The notes below the pieces were generated by a model. It searched no databases. It had not been told where the DNA came from and was given only the letters and a program-made list of their open reading frames with translations. 64,000 bases of DNA from Candidatus Dormiibacterota bacterium (GTDB lineage: Bacteria > Chloroflexota > Dormibacteria > Aeolococcales > Aeolococcaceae), in contig CAWHLW010000004.1 in the NCBI GenBank assembly GCA_963830305.1, positions 154,303 through 218,302 of the forward strand, given 5' to 3'. Both the position numbers and the translations under genes were made by a program. How positions within the stretch are numbered: position 1 is the first letter of the stretch; every line of letters begins with the position of its first letter. Below, piece by piece: positions 20,515-32,766 of this stretch.

Positions 20515-21622
20515 GCTCGTCGACGTAGCTCTCGGCGGCCGCATCGCGGCCTTCGTGGAGGACGCCATCACGCCGATCGCCCCGGCGATGGCACGCGGCG
20601 ATGGTCCATCCCCCAAGAGAATCGTCGAGGCGGCGGGCGAAGCGGGGCTTGCCGGCATCCTCACCCCCGAGGCGTTCGGCGGAGCGGGTGGCACGCACGC
20701 GGACTTCATCGATTTCATCGAAACTGTTGCGCGTGTCGATGCCAGTTGTGCGGTGATCCTCGACGTGCATCTCTCAGTCGGCACCGAACCGCTGCTGGTT
20801 TTCGGCAATGATGACCAGAAGTCACGGTATCTGCGCAGGCTCGCACGGGGCGAGTGGCTCGGGGCCTTCGCGTTGACCGAGGCCGCCGGAGGGAGTGACG
20901 CCGTTGCGATGCAAACGCGGGCCGTCCGCGACGGTGACGACTACGTGCTCGACGGCGCCAAGGCCTTCATCACGAGCGCAGGCGATGCCGATCTCTACAT
21001 CGTCATGGCGCGCACCGGCGAGGGCGCACACGGCATCACAGCATTCCTGGTGGAATCCGCATGGCCGGGCGTGCGAGCGGGAACACCGCTTTTGAAGATG
21101 GGGCTGCACGGCTCGTGGACTGGTGAGTTGATCCTCGACCAGGTGCGTGTCCCCGTGAGCAACCGTCTCGGCGATGAGGGCGTCGGCTTCACAGTCGCGA
21201 TGTCTGCGCTTGACAGCGGCCGGGTTGGCATCTCGGCGCAGGCGGTCGGGATCGCCCAGGGATCGCTCGACGCCGCGCTCGCCGCGTCGCGTCGCCGCGC
21301 CGCCGCGGACCTTGACGTCGACGGCACGACGCTCGCAGACATGGAGGTTCGCACCAGCGCTGCACGGCATCTGACGCGGTACGCGGCAGCACTGGTCGAC
21401 GGCGAAAAGCGCGTGACACTCGACGCTGCGATCGCGAAGCTGTACTCCACTGATACCTGCGTTTGGGTCTCGCAAGCGGCGGTCGACCTATGCGCGCCGG
21501 AGTCCGCGGCGGACGATCACCCCACGGCGGTACGCCTCCGCGACGCGAAAGCGTGCCAGATCTACGAGGGCACCAATCAGATCCAGCGCGTGGTCATCGC
21601 GCGCCACCTGCTCAACGACTGA
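20504..21622 (+). CDS. acyl-CoA dehydrogenase
   Basis: GTG 20504 overlaps the thiolase stop by 11 nt. YEGTNQIQRVVIARHLL. Confidence 0.85.
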   Translation: MSTELVDVALGGRIAAFVEDAITPIAPAMARGDGPSPKRIVEAAGEAGLAGILTPEAFGGAGGTHADFIDFIETVARVDASCAVILDVHLSVGTEPLLVFGNDDQKSRYLRRLARGEWLGAFALTEAAGGSDAVAMQTRAVRDGDDYVLDGAKAFITSAGDADLYIVMARTGEGAHGITAFLVESAWPGVRAGTPLLKMGLHGSWTGELILDQVRVPVSNRLGDEGVGFTVAMSALDSGRVGISAQAVGIAQGSLDAALAASRRRAAADLDVDGTTLADMEVRTSAARHLTRYAAALVDGEKRVTLDAAIAKLYSTDTCVWVSQAAVDLCAPESAADDHPTAVRLRDAKACQIYEGTNQIQRVVIARHLLND

Positions 21623-21648
21623 TTCGGTGGCTTGATAGCATCAACCGC

Positions 21649-22797
21649 ATGGACATCCGCCTCAACGACGAGCAGACCATGATTCGCGACACGGTGCGGG
21701 ATATCGCTCGCGAGCGCATCGCGCCGCGCGCCGCGGACATCGACCGCAGCGGCGAGTTCCCATGGGACGTCGTCGATCTGTTCCGCAAGCACGATCTTTT
21801 CGCGCTGCCCTTTCCGCCCGAGTACGGCGGCCTTTCCGGCAGCGCGCTGACGCTCAACGTCGCCATCGAGGAGGTGGCGAAGGTCTGCGCAACCAGCGCG
21901 TTGATCCTCGCCGTCCAGGCGCTGGGCGGATATCCACTGATGATCGCGGGGACCGACGAGCAAAAAGCACGGCTGCTCCCGGACCTCGCCAGTGGGGCGA
22001 AGCTCAGCGCGTACGCGCTCAGTGAACCTGGCGCCGGCAGCGACCCGGCAGGGATGCAGACGCGAGCCGAACGCCACGGCGACGAATACGTGGTCACCGG
22101 CAGCAAGATCTGGATCACCGCGGGTGGTGTCGCGGACACGATCACCGTCTTCGCCAAGACCGATCCCAACGAGGGGGCGAAGGGCGTGAGCGCCTTCGTG
22201 CTCGAGGATGCGCAGCATCTCAAGGGATTCACGGCGAACACGATCCACGGCAAGCTCGGCATCCGCGGCAGCAACACCGCCGAGCTCCACTTCGACGAGG
22301 TGGTCATCCCCGCCGCGAACCGAATCGGCGAGGAAGGCGAAGGCTTTCGCATCGCCATGAAAGTCCTCGACAGATCGCGCCCCGGAGTCGCCGCGCAGGC
22401 GCTCGGGATCGCGCAAGGGGCGCTCGACTATGCGGTCGGATATGCCAAGGAGCGCAGGCAATTCGGCAAGGCGATCGCGGAGTTCCAGGGCATCCAGTTC
22501 ATGGTCGCCGATATGGAGGCACAGACCGCCGCCGCACGGGCGATGGTGTATTGGGCCTCGCAGCTCATCGACGACAAGAGCCCGGACGTGGGTCATTTCG
22601 CCGCGATCGCGAAGTTGCTCGCGGCCGACACGGCGATGAAGGTCACCACCGACGCGGTCCAGATCCTCGGTGGCTACGGTTACGTGAACGAGTACCCGGT
22701 CGAACGCATGATGCGCGACGCGAAGATCACCCAGATCTACGAGGGGACGAGCCAGATTCAGCGGGTTGTGATCGCCAGGGACCTCTTGCGCAACTAG
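21649..22797 (+). CDS. acyl-CoA dehydrogenase (short/branched-chain type)
   Basis: MDIRLNDEQTMIRDTV, YEGTSQIQRVVIARDLL. The upstream extension in the ORF track is Arg-rich non-coding read-through. Confidence 0.9.
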   Translation: MDIRLNDEQTMIRDTVRDIARERIAPRAADIDRSGEFPWDVVDLFRKHDLFALPFPPEYGGLSGSALTLNVAIEEVAKVCATSALILAVQALGGYPLMIAGTDEQKARLLPDLASGAKLSAYALSEPGAGSDPAGMQTRAERHGDEYVVTGSKIWITAGGVADTITVFAKTDPNEGAKGVSAFVLEDAQHLKGFTANTIHGKLGIRGSNTAELHFDEVVIPAANRIGEEGEGFRIAMKVLDRSRPGVAAQALGIAQGALDYAVGYAKERRQFGKAIAEFQGIQFMVADMEAQTAAARAMVYWASQLIDDKSPDVGHFAAIAKLLAADTAMKVTTDAVQILGGYGYVNEYPVERMMRDAKITQIYEGTSQIQRVVIARDLLRN

Positions 22798-22803
22798 CGC
22801 TGG

Positions 22804-23337
22804 TCAACCACAGCTCCACGGGCCGCTGACGCCGAGTGCCATGGTCGAGGTGTTGCCCACCCAGGGTTCGAGGATCGCCTGCACGGTTCCCGACCGACCG
22901 TCTTTGGCGATCACGGTGAGACTGCCGGCGACCGAGCTCCACTCGGCGCCGGTGCCGTCGTAGAAGTCGACCTGCAAGGCCCCCTCCGTGAGCCCGTAAT
23001 CACCCGGTCCCGTGAACCGCTGGATGTCGACGTACAACTCGTCGTGGTGAGCCGAGGTGGTCAGGCGGAATATGTCAGCCAACGCCACCATCGTCACGTC
23101 GCAGGAGCGAGTGGCCGGATCAATCGAGGCGCATTCGTTGTATGCACCGTGGAGCTGCAGCTGACCGGGCGCGCAGTCCAACGGTATGAGCGTCGGTCCG
23201 GAGGACGCGCTGGGCTTCGGTGTCGGTGCCGTGCGTCCGGCGCCCGTGACGACCAGCGACACCGCGCCAACTGCGACCACGACGGCCGCAAGCGCGAGGA
23301 GAACCCGGTATGCGGACGGCGTCCCGGAGATACCCAC
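22804..23337 (-). CDS. hypothetical membrane-anchored/secreted protein (~177 aa)
   Basis: GTG start gives N-terminal TM/signal-anchor LLALAAVVVAVGAVSLVV followed by a Cys-containing soluble domain. The upstream part of the tracked ORF is Arg-rich junk. Confidence 0.45.
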   Translation of the reverse strand: MGISGTPSAYRVLLALAAVVVAVGAVSLVVTGAGRTAPTPKPSASSGPTLIPLDCAPGQLQLHGAYNECASIDPATRSCDVTMVALADIFRLTTSAHHDELYVDIQRFTGPGDYGLTEGALQVDFYDGTGAEWSSVAGSLTVIAKDGRSGTVQAILEPWVGNTSTMALGVSGPWSCG

Positions 23338-23369
23338 AACGTACTCGATGCATTCTCGGTAGGCCGCGC

Positions 23370-24335
23370 CTACATGGTGAGGACGACCTTGCCTCGCGCC
23401 TGCCGCTGACCGAGGAGATTGAGCGCGGCAGGTGCCTCCTCGAGCGGGTACGTCGCACCGACGATTGGAGCCACGACGCCGGCCTCGATCATCGCGTCGA
23501 GCTCGTGCTGGGTCTTGCCGAACAGCGAGGGTTCGACGCCGAGGAACGCACCCCAGGCCGCGCCGACGATATCGATGTTCCTGAGCAGGACCCTGTTCAC
23601 CTGCACGCTCGGGATGCGCCCCTCGGTGAAGCCCACCACGATCAATCGGCCCTCGGGTGCGAGACATCGCACGCTCTGGTCGAAACGTTCTCCACCGACG
23701 GGATCGAGGATGGCGTCGACGCCGAGACCGTCGTTCTGGGCTCGAAGCGCAGCAACCCAATCACCCTCGGCGTCGAGGACCCGGTGCGCGCCGGCGCGTT
23801 CCGCGATGTGCATCTTGTCGGGGCCGGCCGCGATCGCGATCACCTCGGCACCGAGTCCGCGCGCAACCTGCACGGCGGCGGTTCCGACGCCGCCCGCGGC
23901 CCCATGAATCGCGACGCGGTCGCCCGGCCGGATCCGCCCTCGGCGGGCGAGGGCGAAGAAAGCGGTGTGGTAGTTCATGACGAACCCCGAAGCGGCCTCG
24001 AACGTCAGGCCCGCCGGAATTGCGAGGGTGAGGGCCGGTTCTGCCAGCGCCACGTCCGCAAATCCACCGAGCATTGTGAAGGCCATCACCCGATCGCCAG
24101 GGATGAATCCCGATCCCTCGGGGGCGGAGCGGACACGGCCGGCCACCTCAACTCCGGGCACAAATGGCAGCGGCGGCTTCATCTGATATTCGCCGCGAGT
24201 CAGCAGGAGATCGGGGAAGCTCACGCCGGCAGCGGCGACTTCGATGACCACTCGAGCCGAATCATCGGGCTCGTCGACCTCGACCAGATGGAGCCCTGAT
24301 GGGCCCTCGAGGCCCTGAACCTGCTGTGCGCGCAC
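23370..24335 (-). CDS. NADPH:quinone oxidoreductase / zinc-type alcohol dehydrogenase-like (MDR superfamily)
   Basis: GTG 24335 preceded by GGAGGA. Rossmann HGAAGGVGTAAVQVA. MDR length. Confidence 0.8.
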   Translation of the reverse strand: MRAQQVQGLEGPSGLHLVEVDEPDDSARVVIEVAAAGVSFPDLLLTRGEYQMKPPLPFVPGVEVAGRVRSAPEGSGFIPGDRVMAFTMLGGFADVALAEPALTLAIPAGLTFEAASGFVMNYHTAFFALARRGRIRPGDRVAIHGAAGGVGTAAVQVARGLGAEVIAIAAGPDKMHIAERAGAHRVLDAEGDWVAALRAQNDGLGVDAILDPVGGERFDQSVRCLAPEGRLIVVGFTEGRIPSVQVNRVLLRNIDIVGAAWGAFLGVEPSLFGKTQHELDAMIEAGVVAPIVGATYPLEEAPAALNLLGQRQARGKVVLTM

Positions 24336-24541
24336 CTCATTCCTCCGTCCCCGCGTCTGGCCGCAGATCATCCCACGTCGGCTCCCGACCACAGGACCCT
24401 GGGGTACCCTTGTCCCGGGCAGCGGTAACCGGAAGCTGACATCAGCGTTTCCCCTACAGGGAGCCCACTGTGGCGCGCCGGCCCCGCACGATGCACGGCG
24501 GTCAACTCACCCCTCAGAAAGTCGAGAGCAATACCTCAACC

Positions 24542-26023
24542 ATGGCAACAATCAGCAGATCATCCGTTCGCAGGCGGCGCAGATCGCGCTACAACGTGAT
24601 TCCGAACTGGATCACGCGCAGACGTGCCGTCGTCTCGGTCGTCGTGATGTTCTCGCTGTTGCTCGTCGCGGGCGGTATCTACGGTGTGCGTCTCTCGCTC
24701 GCGCTCGCCAAGACGTTCCACACAAACCCGATCAGCGCGGCGGTCGGTGCGCTGCAGGGCGGTGGCGGTTCAGCCATCGACCAGGAACGTCAGCGCAATC
24801 AGCGGATCAACATCGTCCTCTACGGGTATGGCGGCGATGGGCACGACGGCGCGTTTCTCAGCGACTCGATCATGGTCATCTCGATCCAGCCCTTGCAGGG
24901 GCGTCCGCCGCAGATCGCGGAGATCTCGGTCCCGCGCGATTGGTTCGTGACCATTCCGCTCAAGAATGGCAAGTCGACGCAGCAGCGCATCAACTTCGCC
25001 TATGCCGCCGGAATGCTCGGTGAGGGACCGGAGCCTGCGAGCGCTGTGGACGCAGGTGCCGCCGTCGCCGATCCAGTGCTCGCTCACATTCTCGGCGTTG
25101 GCATCAACTATTTCGTGGGCGTCGACTTCGACGCGTTCAAGCAGGCGGTCAACGCCGTCGGTGGGATCAACATCGACGTCCCAACCGGCTTCACGGATAA
25201 CCAGTACCCCGCCGGTGAATGCGACGAGGGGAACTGCCGGTACGAGACCATCCATTTCAACGCGGGCATGCAGCACATGAACGGAGCGACGGCGCTCATC
25301 TATGCCCGCTCCCGCCACGGGAACAACGGGCAGGGTTCGGACTTCGCACGCAGCGCCCGCCAGCAGCAGATCGTCGTCGCCCTCAAGGGTCAGATCGAGA
25401 GCATCGGGGGGTTCGGCAAGCTCCCGGACGTCATCGACGCGCTTGGCGACAACGTGCTCACCGACCTCACCATCGGTGATGCCGAGTCACTCTATGCACT
25501 CGTGGACGGCGTCAACCCGGCGAGCATCGAGCACATCAGCCTCGATGACACCAACTTCCTGTACGACTGCGGATATCCGAGGAATTGCGGGAGCTACTAC
25601 CTCTACACGAATGATCGAAGCTACGCGTCGCTGCAGCATTTCGTCCAGAACGTCTTTCCGACGCCCGCGGCCATCGCCGACGGCGCGCAGGTGACGTTCG
25701 TCAATGCGAGCGGACGCAATGACAACGCCACCACCCGCTGGGCGTCGGTCATGCACATGGTCGGATTGGCAACCAAGGCCGGTGGCCGCGCGCCAACCCA
25801 GACGGTGACCCAGGTGATCGACAGCAGTGGCGGCAAGGACTTCGCCGCCGCGCAATGGCTGGCCACATTCTTCGGCGTCAGCGTCACAACCGAGCCGGCG
25901 CCCACCGCACCGGTGACCACGCCGCCCGCGACCCCCGCGACCGCCGCCGCCGGCGGCGTGACCGTCATACTCGGCAGCGCCGAGGAGCAGGCGTTCCTCG
26001 GTGATCCCGGGGTTGGTCAATAG
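24542..26023 (+). CDS. LytR-CpsA-Psr (LCP) family cell-wall polymer transferase with LytR_C domain
   Basis: N-terminal TM, LCP core RINIVLYGYGGDG...DSIMVISI...RDWFVTIP. Start may be 24470. Confidence 0.8.
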   Translation: MATISRSSVRRRRRSRYNVIPNWITRRRAVVSVVVMFSLLLVAGGIYGVRLSLALAKTFHTNPISAAVGALQGGGGSAIDQERQRNQRINIVLYGYGGDGHDGAFLSDSIMVISIQPLQGRPPQIAEISVPRDWFVTIPLKNGKSTQQRINFAYAAGMLGEGPEPASAVDAGAAVADPVLAHILGVGINYFVGVDFDAFKQAVNAVGGINIDVPTGFTDNQYPAGECDEGNCRYETIHFNAGMQHMNGATALIYARSRHGNNGQGSDFARSARQQQIVVALKGQIESIGGFGKLPDVIDALGDNVLTDLTIGDAESLYALVDGVNPASIEHISLDDTNFLYDCGYPRNCGSYYLYTNDRSYASLQHFVQNVFPTPAAIADGAQVTFVNASGRNDNATTRWASVMHMVGLATKAGGRAPTQTVTQVIDSSGGKDFAAAQWLATFFGVSVTTEPAPTAPVTTPPATPATAAAGGVTVILGSAEEQAFLGDPGVGQ

Positions 26024-26045
26024 CTTCCTGAACAGCGGGGGAAGA

Positions 26046-27086
26046 ATGGGACAGAGAATTGCCATCCTGACGGGCGGCGGTGACGCCCCAGGTCTCAATG
26101 CGGCCATCCGCGCGATCGGACGGCGCGCACTCGCGGCCGGTGACACGCTGTTCGGCATTCGCAACGGCTGGGCCGGCATGATTGGTGACGGCGATGTCAT
26201 GACCCTCGAGCGCTCGAGGCTCTCCGGCATCCTCCAGCTCGGCGGCACCATGCTCGGCAGTTCGCGCGTCAACCCGATGAAGCTGGAGCACGGCATCGAG
26301 GAGGTGCTGCGCAACATCGAACGGCTCAAGCTCGACGCGCTCGTGGCCATCGGCGGGGATGACACGCTCAGCGTTGCGGCGCGCCTCGCTGAGCAGCGTG
26401 CGCGCGTAGTCGGCGTCCCCAAGACCATGGACAACGACCTCAGCATCACCGAGTACTGCATCGGCTTCGACAGCGCTGTGAGCGTCGTGACCGAAGCACT
26501 CGACCGCCTCCACACGACGGCCACGTCGCACCACCGTGTGATGGTGTGCGAGGTGATGGGTCGCGACACCGGGTGGGTGGCGGTGATGGGCGGCCTCGCG
26601 GGCGGCGCCGACATGATCATCATCCCCGAGTTCAGCGTCACCGTCGACGAGGTTGTCGCGCATCTCGAGGTCCGCAGAAAAGCGGGCAGCGACTTCAGCA
26701 TCCTGGTCGTCGCCGAGGGCGTCGAGATGGACGGGTTGCAATCGAAGGATGAGGCGGCGGGTGCGCGCGACGCTTTCGGGCACGTGCAGCTGTCACGACG
26801 CGGCGTGGGCGAGAATCTCGCTCGCATCATCGAGGAGCGCACCGGTCACGAGACCCGCGCCACGGTGCTCGGACACGTGCAACGCGGAGGTTCGCCCACC
26901 GCGTACGACCGCATCTGGGCGACACGTGTTGGAGCGAAGGCATACGACCTGGTCGTCGAGGGACTGTTCGGCGAGATGCCCGTCGTCACCAACGGAACGG
27001 TCGACGTGGCCAGCATTGCCGATGTCGTTGCCGAGCAGCGGCGTGTGCCTCGCGAGCTCTACGAGCTCGCCCAGATCTTCTACTAG
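26046..27086 (+). CDS. pfkA: 6-phosphofructokinase
   Basis: IAILTGGGDAPGLNAAIRAI, GGDDTL, PKTMDNDL, MGRDTGW. Confidence 0.9.
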   Translation: MGQRIAILTGGGDAPGLNAAIRAIGRRALAAGDTLFGIRNGWAGMIGDGDVMTLERSRLSGILQLGGTMLGSSRVNPMKLEHGIEEVLRNIERLKLDALVAIGGDDTLSVAARLAEQRARVVGVPKTMDNDLSITEYCIGFDSAVSVVTEALDRLHTTATSHHRVMVCEVMGRDTGWVAVMGGLAGGADMIIIPEFSVTVDEVVAHLEVRRKAGSDFSILVVAEGVEMDGLQSKDEAAGARDAFGHVQLSRRGVGENLARIIEERTGHETRATVLGHVQRGGSPTAYDRIWATRVGAKAYDLVVEGLFGEMPVVTNGTVDVASIADVVAEQRRVPRELYELAQIFY

Positions 27087-27093
27087 ACCGTTT

Positions 27094-28174
27094 CTAGCGC
27101 GACATCACGGGCACGCTGCTCAGCGGTGACCAGCTCGGCGGCGATGTTGCGTCGAAGTCGAGGTTCGTCGTCACCTGGAGTGGTGGCGACGGTGCGGCGC
27201 TCTCCGCTCCCTTGATCCACCAGAGCTCGAAATGCCCGGTGATATCGGCGGTGTTGTAGTAGACGAGCCCGGTTCCGTCCGGCGACCACACCGGGTCCGT
27301 ACAGAGACAGTTGTTGACGAGCGTTACGGGTGTCCCCAGCTTTCCCTTGGTGAGGGTTGCGACCTCGAGTTCGCGTGCTCTGCAGCCCGGTGCCACCGAT
27401 GCAGATCATCGCCACCTTCGTGCCGTCAGGGGAGGGGGAAGGCTGACCGCAATCCTGCGTTGGCGTGGTCAGGATGATCGGGTTCCCCAGCGGCTTGACC
27501 TGGATCGCGATCTGCGAATAGGCGTTGCCACTCCCGATCGCGTACTTCGAGTAGATGACGGAGCCGTTGGCCATGGGAGTGGCATCCACGTCCCCGCCGG
27601 TGAAGGGGTTGGCGACGGTGAGCTCTTTGCCGGCGAGCGTGCCGTTGAGCGCGCCCGTCCACACCGAGAAGTCGACCGCGTACGTCGCCGAATCCTTTGG
27701 CTGGTCGTAGCTGAAGTAGATGGTGTTGCCGTTCGCACCCACGTGCGGGTAGAACATCCAGTGGTTGAGATAGACCTTGCCGATCTTCGGGTATGCATTG
27801 TTGCTGAGCCGGCGGATGATCGTCCCCTGACCGTTCAACAGGTAGAGGTTCGAGTACTCGGCGGCGCGCAACACCGCGACGATGTCCTGGGAGTTGGGGA
27901 TGTACGCGGGCTGCATCCATGAACCGGATGACGTCGACAGATGCAAATCGGTGAAGAACCCGTCGCTGAGGCGATAGATGTCGCCGTTCTGGGCGAGGTA
28001 CAGCGTGCCCGGGAGTACGATCTTCGGCCGCTCGGCGGTGGGGATGAAGACCGACGCCTCGGTGGGGATCTTGTGTTTCCTGGACGCGATCAACCGGTTC
28101 ACGCCAAAACCGAAACCTGCCATGAGCGCGAGCAGGACGATCACCGACAGGGCGCGTCTCACGGTCCGACTCAC
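27094..28174 (-). CDS. TM-anchored PD40/WD40-like beta-propeller (TolB-like) protein; reading frame interrupted near 27385-27400
   Basis: N-terminal TM, PD40-like SPSPDGTKVAM and DPVWSPDGTGLVYY. N-part is in the frame of ORF 27083-28174; the true C-part is in the frame of ORF 27094-27396. Confidence 0.55.
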
Positions 28175-29211
28175 ACCGCGGGGAAGTACAGGTGCGTCTC
28201 GGGAAGGATGAGGTTCCAGTCGGGCTGGAGCGCCTGCTCGTTGTCCACTTCGAAATTCGACGTGTACGGCGATGACAGGATGACCTGCTTCACGTTCTGC
28301 AGTTGCACGTTGCTCGCGATCGGCAGCAGCGACGCGATCTCGGGGATTGACATGTCGGTCGAGAAGTCGTTGGCCATGGCGGTCGCGATGTCCGGCAGGT
28401 CGGCGATGCCGAGCAGCTTCGCCTTGGCCCGCAGCGCAAGGAGCACCTGCTGCTGGCGCTGGGAACGGCCGAAGTCACTGCGCAGGTCGCCATGTCGCGA
28501 ACGGACGTACATCAACGCCTGCATGCCGCTCATGTGTTGCGGACCCGGCAGGACCGCGACCCGCTCGTAGCCGTAGGGGTCCTTGCTGCTGAGGTCGGCG
28601 GGGTAGAAGTCGTCCATGACCGGGTTGGTGGCGACGACGTCGATGCCCCCGACCTGATTGATGAGGTTGACCAGGCCGAGCAATCCGATCCAGGCGTAGT
28701 GGTCGATGTGGATGTCAAAGTCCTCCTCGACCGTCGCCACGGCGGCGCTCGGGCCACCGTGCAGGTAGGCCGAGTCGATCTTCGCGTTGCCTCCGCTCGA
28801 GAGCGGAACCCACAGGTCTCGGGGGATCGACTCCATGACCACCTGCTTGGTGGTCGGGTTCACCCTGGCCAGGATCATCGACTGGGTGAGCACGGTCCCG
28901 CCGAATTTGGCGTCGTTGTCCGAGCCGAGCAGGAGCACCGTGAAGGGTCGACCCGGTGCGGGCGGGGCCGTTGCCGAGGCCGACGCCGACGGTGATGGTG
29001 CAGACGATGCGGCAGCCGACGCCTTGGCCGTCGGGATGTCGCGGTCGATGGTGTGCCCCGTGTCCTGGATCGCAGTGACGATGGCCGGCATGAAATAGGC
29101 CAGGGCGCCGACCGCTCCGGACAGCACGAAACCGAACGCTATGAGGAATCCCAGCAAGATCCGGCTGCGCCTGACGTGATTGCGGCGCAACGATGCCCGT
29201 TGTCGTCTCAC
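28171..29211 (-). CDS. LytR-CpsA-Psr (LCP) family protein
   Basis: N-terminal TM, LCP core FTVLLLGSDND...DSMILARV...RDLWVPL. Stop overlaps the PD40 gene start (operon). Confidence 0.8.
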   Translation of the reverse strand: MRRQRASLRRNHVRRSRILLGFLIAFGFVLSGAVGALAYFMPAIVTAIQDTGHTIDRDIPTAKASAAASSAPSPSASASATAPPAPGRPFTVLLLGSDNDAKFGGTVLTQSMILARVNPTTKQVVMESIPRDLWVPLSSGGNAKIDSAYLHGGPSAAVATVEEDFDIHIDHYAWIGLLGLVNLINQVGGIDVVATNPVMDDFYPADLSSKDPYGYERVAVLPGPQHMSGMQALMYVRSRHGDLRSDFGRSQRQQQVLLALRAKAKLLGIADLPDIATAMANDFSTDMSIPEIASLLPIASNVQLQNVKQVILSSPYTSNFEVDNEQALQPDWNLILPETHLYFPAV

Positions 29212-29290
29212 CTGGGCTTTATAACGAACTCGGCTGACGACAGGGTTACGGTGAACGGGATGAAGTCGGGCCGCCGGTAGACTTCCTGGG

Positions 29291-30157
29291 ATGTCTGAAG
29301 CTCAGCTCGCAGAGCGCCTCATGGCGGGGGAAACCCGCGCCCTGGCGCGTGCGATCCGCATGGTCGAGGACCGGGATCCCGGGATCGCCGACCTCCTCCG
29401 TCAGGTTCGCGAGCGGGCCGGGCTGGCTCGTGTCATCGGGGTGACCGGTCCCCCGGGAAGCGGCAAGAGCACCCTCTGCGACCAGGTCATCGAGCGCTGG
29501 CGGGCGGCCGGACACCAGGTGGGCGTCATCGCGGTCGACCCCTCGAGCCCATTCACGGGCGGAGCGATCCTCGGGGATCGGGTCCGGATGGTCCGGCACA
29601 CCCTCGACCCAGGCGTGTTCATCCGGAGCATGGCGGCCAGAGGTCATCTCGGCGGACTGGCCGCGGCGGCTCGTGAGGCGATCCGCCTGATGGACGCCTC
29701 AGGCCGGGATCGATGCCTCATCGAGACGGTCGGCGTCGGCCAGTCCGAGCTCGAGGTCATGGAGACCGCCGACACCACGGTCGTGGTCACCACACCGGCG
29801 ACCGGGGACGCCGTCCAGATCATCAAGGCAGGCATCCTCGAGATCGCCGACATCTTCGTGGTCAACAAGGCGGACCTGCCGGGAGCGCCCAAGGTCGTGC
29901 GAGACCTCAAGGAGCTGGTCCGTCACGGCACCAAGCGGACCGACTGGACGCCGCCGGTGCTCACCACGATCGCCGAGACCGGCGAAGGTGTCGACGACCT
30001 GGTCGCGGCAATCGATCGCCACGGGGATGCCATCGCCGCCTCCGGGGAGCTCGAACGCCGCCGGATCGCCCGGCTGCGGGCCGAGGTCGAGGCCATCGTC
30101 GTCGAGCGGGCTGCCGATCGCGCCCGAAGTGCGTTGCATGAGGGGACAATGAGTTGA
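29291..30157 (+). CDS. meaB: MeaB/ArgK-type G3E GTPase (mutase chaperone)
   Basis: [12 protein letters not shown], switch regions, NKADL. Directly upstream of a mutase large subunit. Confidence 0.85.
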   Translation: MSEAQLAERLMAGETRALARAIRMVEDRDPGIADLLRQVRERAGLARVIGVTGPPGSGKSTLCDQVIERWRAAGHQVGVIAVDPSSPFTGGAILGDRVRMVRHTLDPGVFIRSMAARGHLGGLAAAAREAIRLMDASGRDRCLIETVGVGQSELEVMETADTTVVVTTPATGDAVQIIKAGILEIADIFVVNKADLPGAPKVVRDLKELVRHGTKRTDWTPPVLTTIAETGEGVDDLVAAIDRHGDAIAASGELERRRIARLRAEVEAIVVERAADRARSALHEGTMS

Positions 30158-30243
30158 GAGCTCGAAGGCGATCTGAGCCGGGTGGACCCGTACGCCCTGG
30201 CCGAACGCATCCTCAACGGGCACAGCAAGGAACCCAGCAAGCA

Positions 30244-31900
<1,657 letters not shown>

Positions 31901-31951
31901 CCTTTCCTTAACCCCTCCATAAAGGGGAGGCGACTAGGCTCACCCGATATC

Positions 31952-32698
31952 GTGGGAGCCAAGCACATCCTGGTCGTCGAAGACGAAGAGGTGATCCGTG
32001 AGACCCTCCGATTCAACCTCGTCCGCGAGGGATACCAGGTGAGCCAGGCCTGCGACGGCATCGAGGCGCTCGAGAAGGCGCGCGAGCTGCGGCCTGACCT
32101 GATCGTGCTCGATCTCATGCTTCCCGAGCTCGGCGGCCTCGAGGTCTGCCGCATCCTTCGCCAGGAGACCACCACGCCGGTGCTGGTGCTGAGCGCTCGG
32201 GACAGCGAGCTCGACAAGATCGTCGGCCTCCGCGTGGGAGCCGACGACTACATGACCAAGCCGTTCTCGCTCGCGGAGCTCACTGCTCGAGTCATGGCCT
32301 TGCTGCGCCGCGCCCAGCCGACCGCCGAGGAGCGCGGCGTCGTCGAGGTCGAGGAGTTCGGCGACTTCCGATTCGATCGCGGCGCGCGCTCGGTGCACGT
32401 CGGCGAGGAGCCGCTGCGCCTGTCGCCGAAGGAGTTCGACCTGCTGTCCTTCCTGCTCGCCAACCCGGGCAGGGTGCATTCGCGCGAGCAGCTCATCCGC
32501 CGCGTCTGGGGACCGAAGTTCTTTGGCGAGCGCAAGACCGTCGACGTTCACGTGCGGTGGCTTCGGGAGAAGTTCGAGCCCTTTGAGGCGCTGCCTTTCA
32601 GGATCACCACCGTCTACGGAGTCGGCTACCGCCTCGACCGCGTCCACGAGCAACGCGAACCCACTACGCCCGACGCAGCCGTGACGGGACGGCGCTGA
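31952..32698 (+). CDS. OmpR/PhoB-family response regulator (REC + winged helix); no cognate kinase in window
   Basis: ILVVEDEE, D at LIVLDLMLP, wHTH RRVWGPKFFGERKTVDVHVRWLREK. GTG start. Confidence 0.85.
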   Translation: MGAKHILVVEDEEVIRETLRFNLVREGYQVSQACDGIEALEKARELRPDLIVLDLMLPELGGLEVCRILRQETTTPVLVLSARDSELDKIVGLRVGADDYMTKPFSLAELTARVMALLRRAQPTAEERGVVEVEEFGDFRFDRGARSVHVGEEPLRLSPKEFDLLSFLLANPGRVHSREQLIRRVWGPKFFGERKTVDVHVRWLREKFEPFEALPFRITTVYGVGYRLDRVHEQREPTTPDAAVTGRR

Positions 32699-32766
32699 CG
32701 GCCTGGGAGTCGGCCCTGCCTATACTTGCCGCTCCCAATCGAGTTCGGACCAGGGAGAGGGTCGCC

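Noticed and set aside
19249-20808. 519-aa minus-strand ORF
   Set aside because: Antisense to thiolase and an ACAD.
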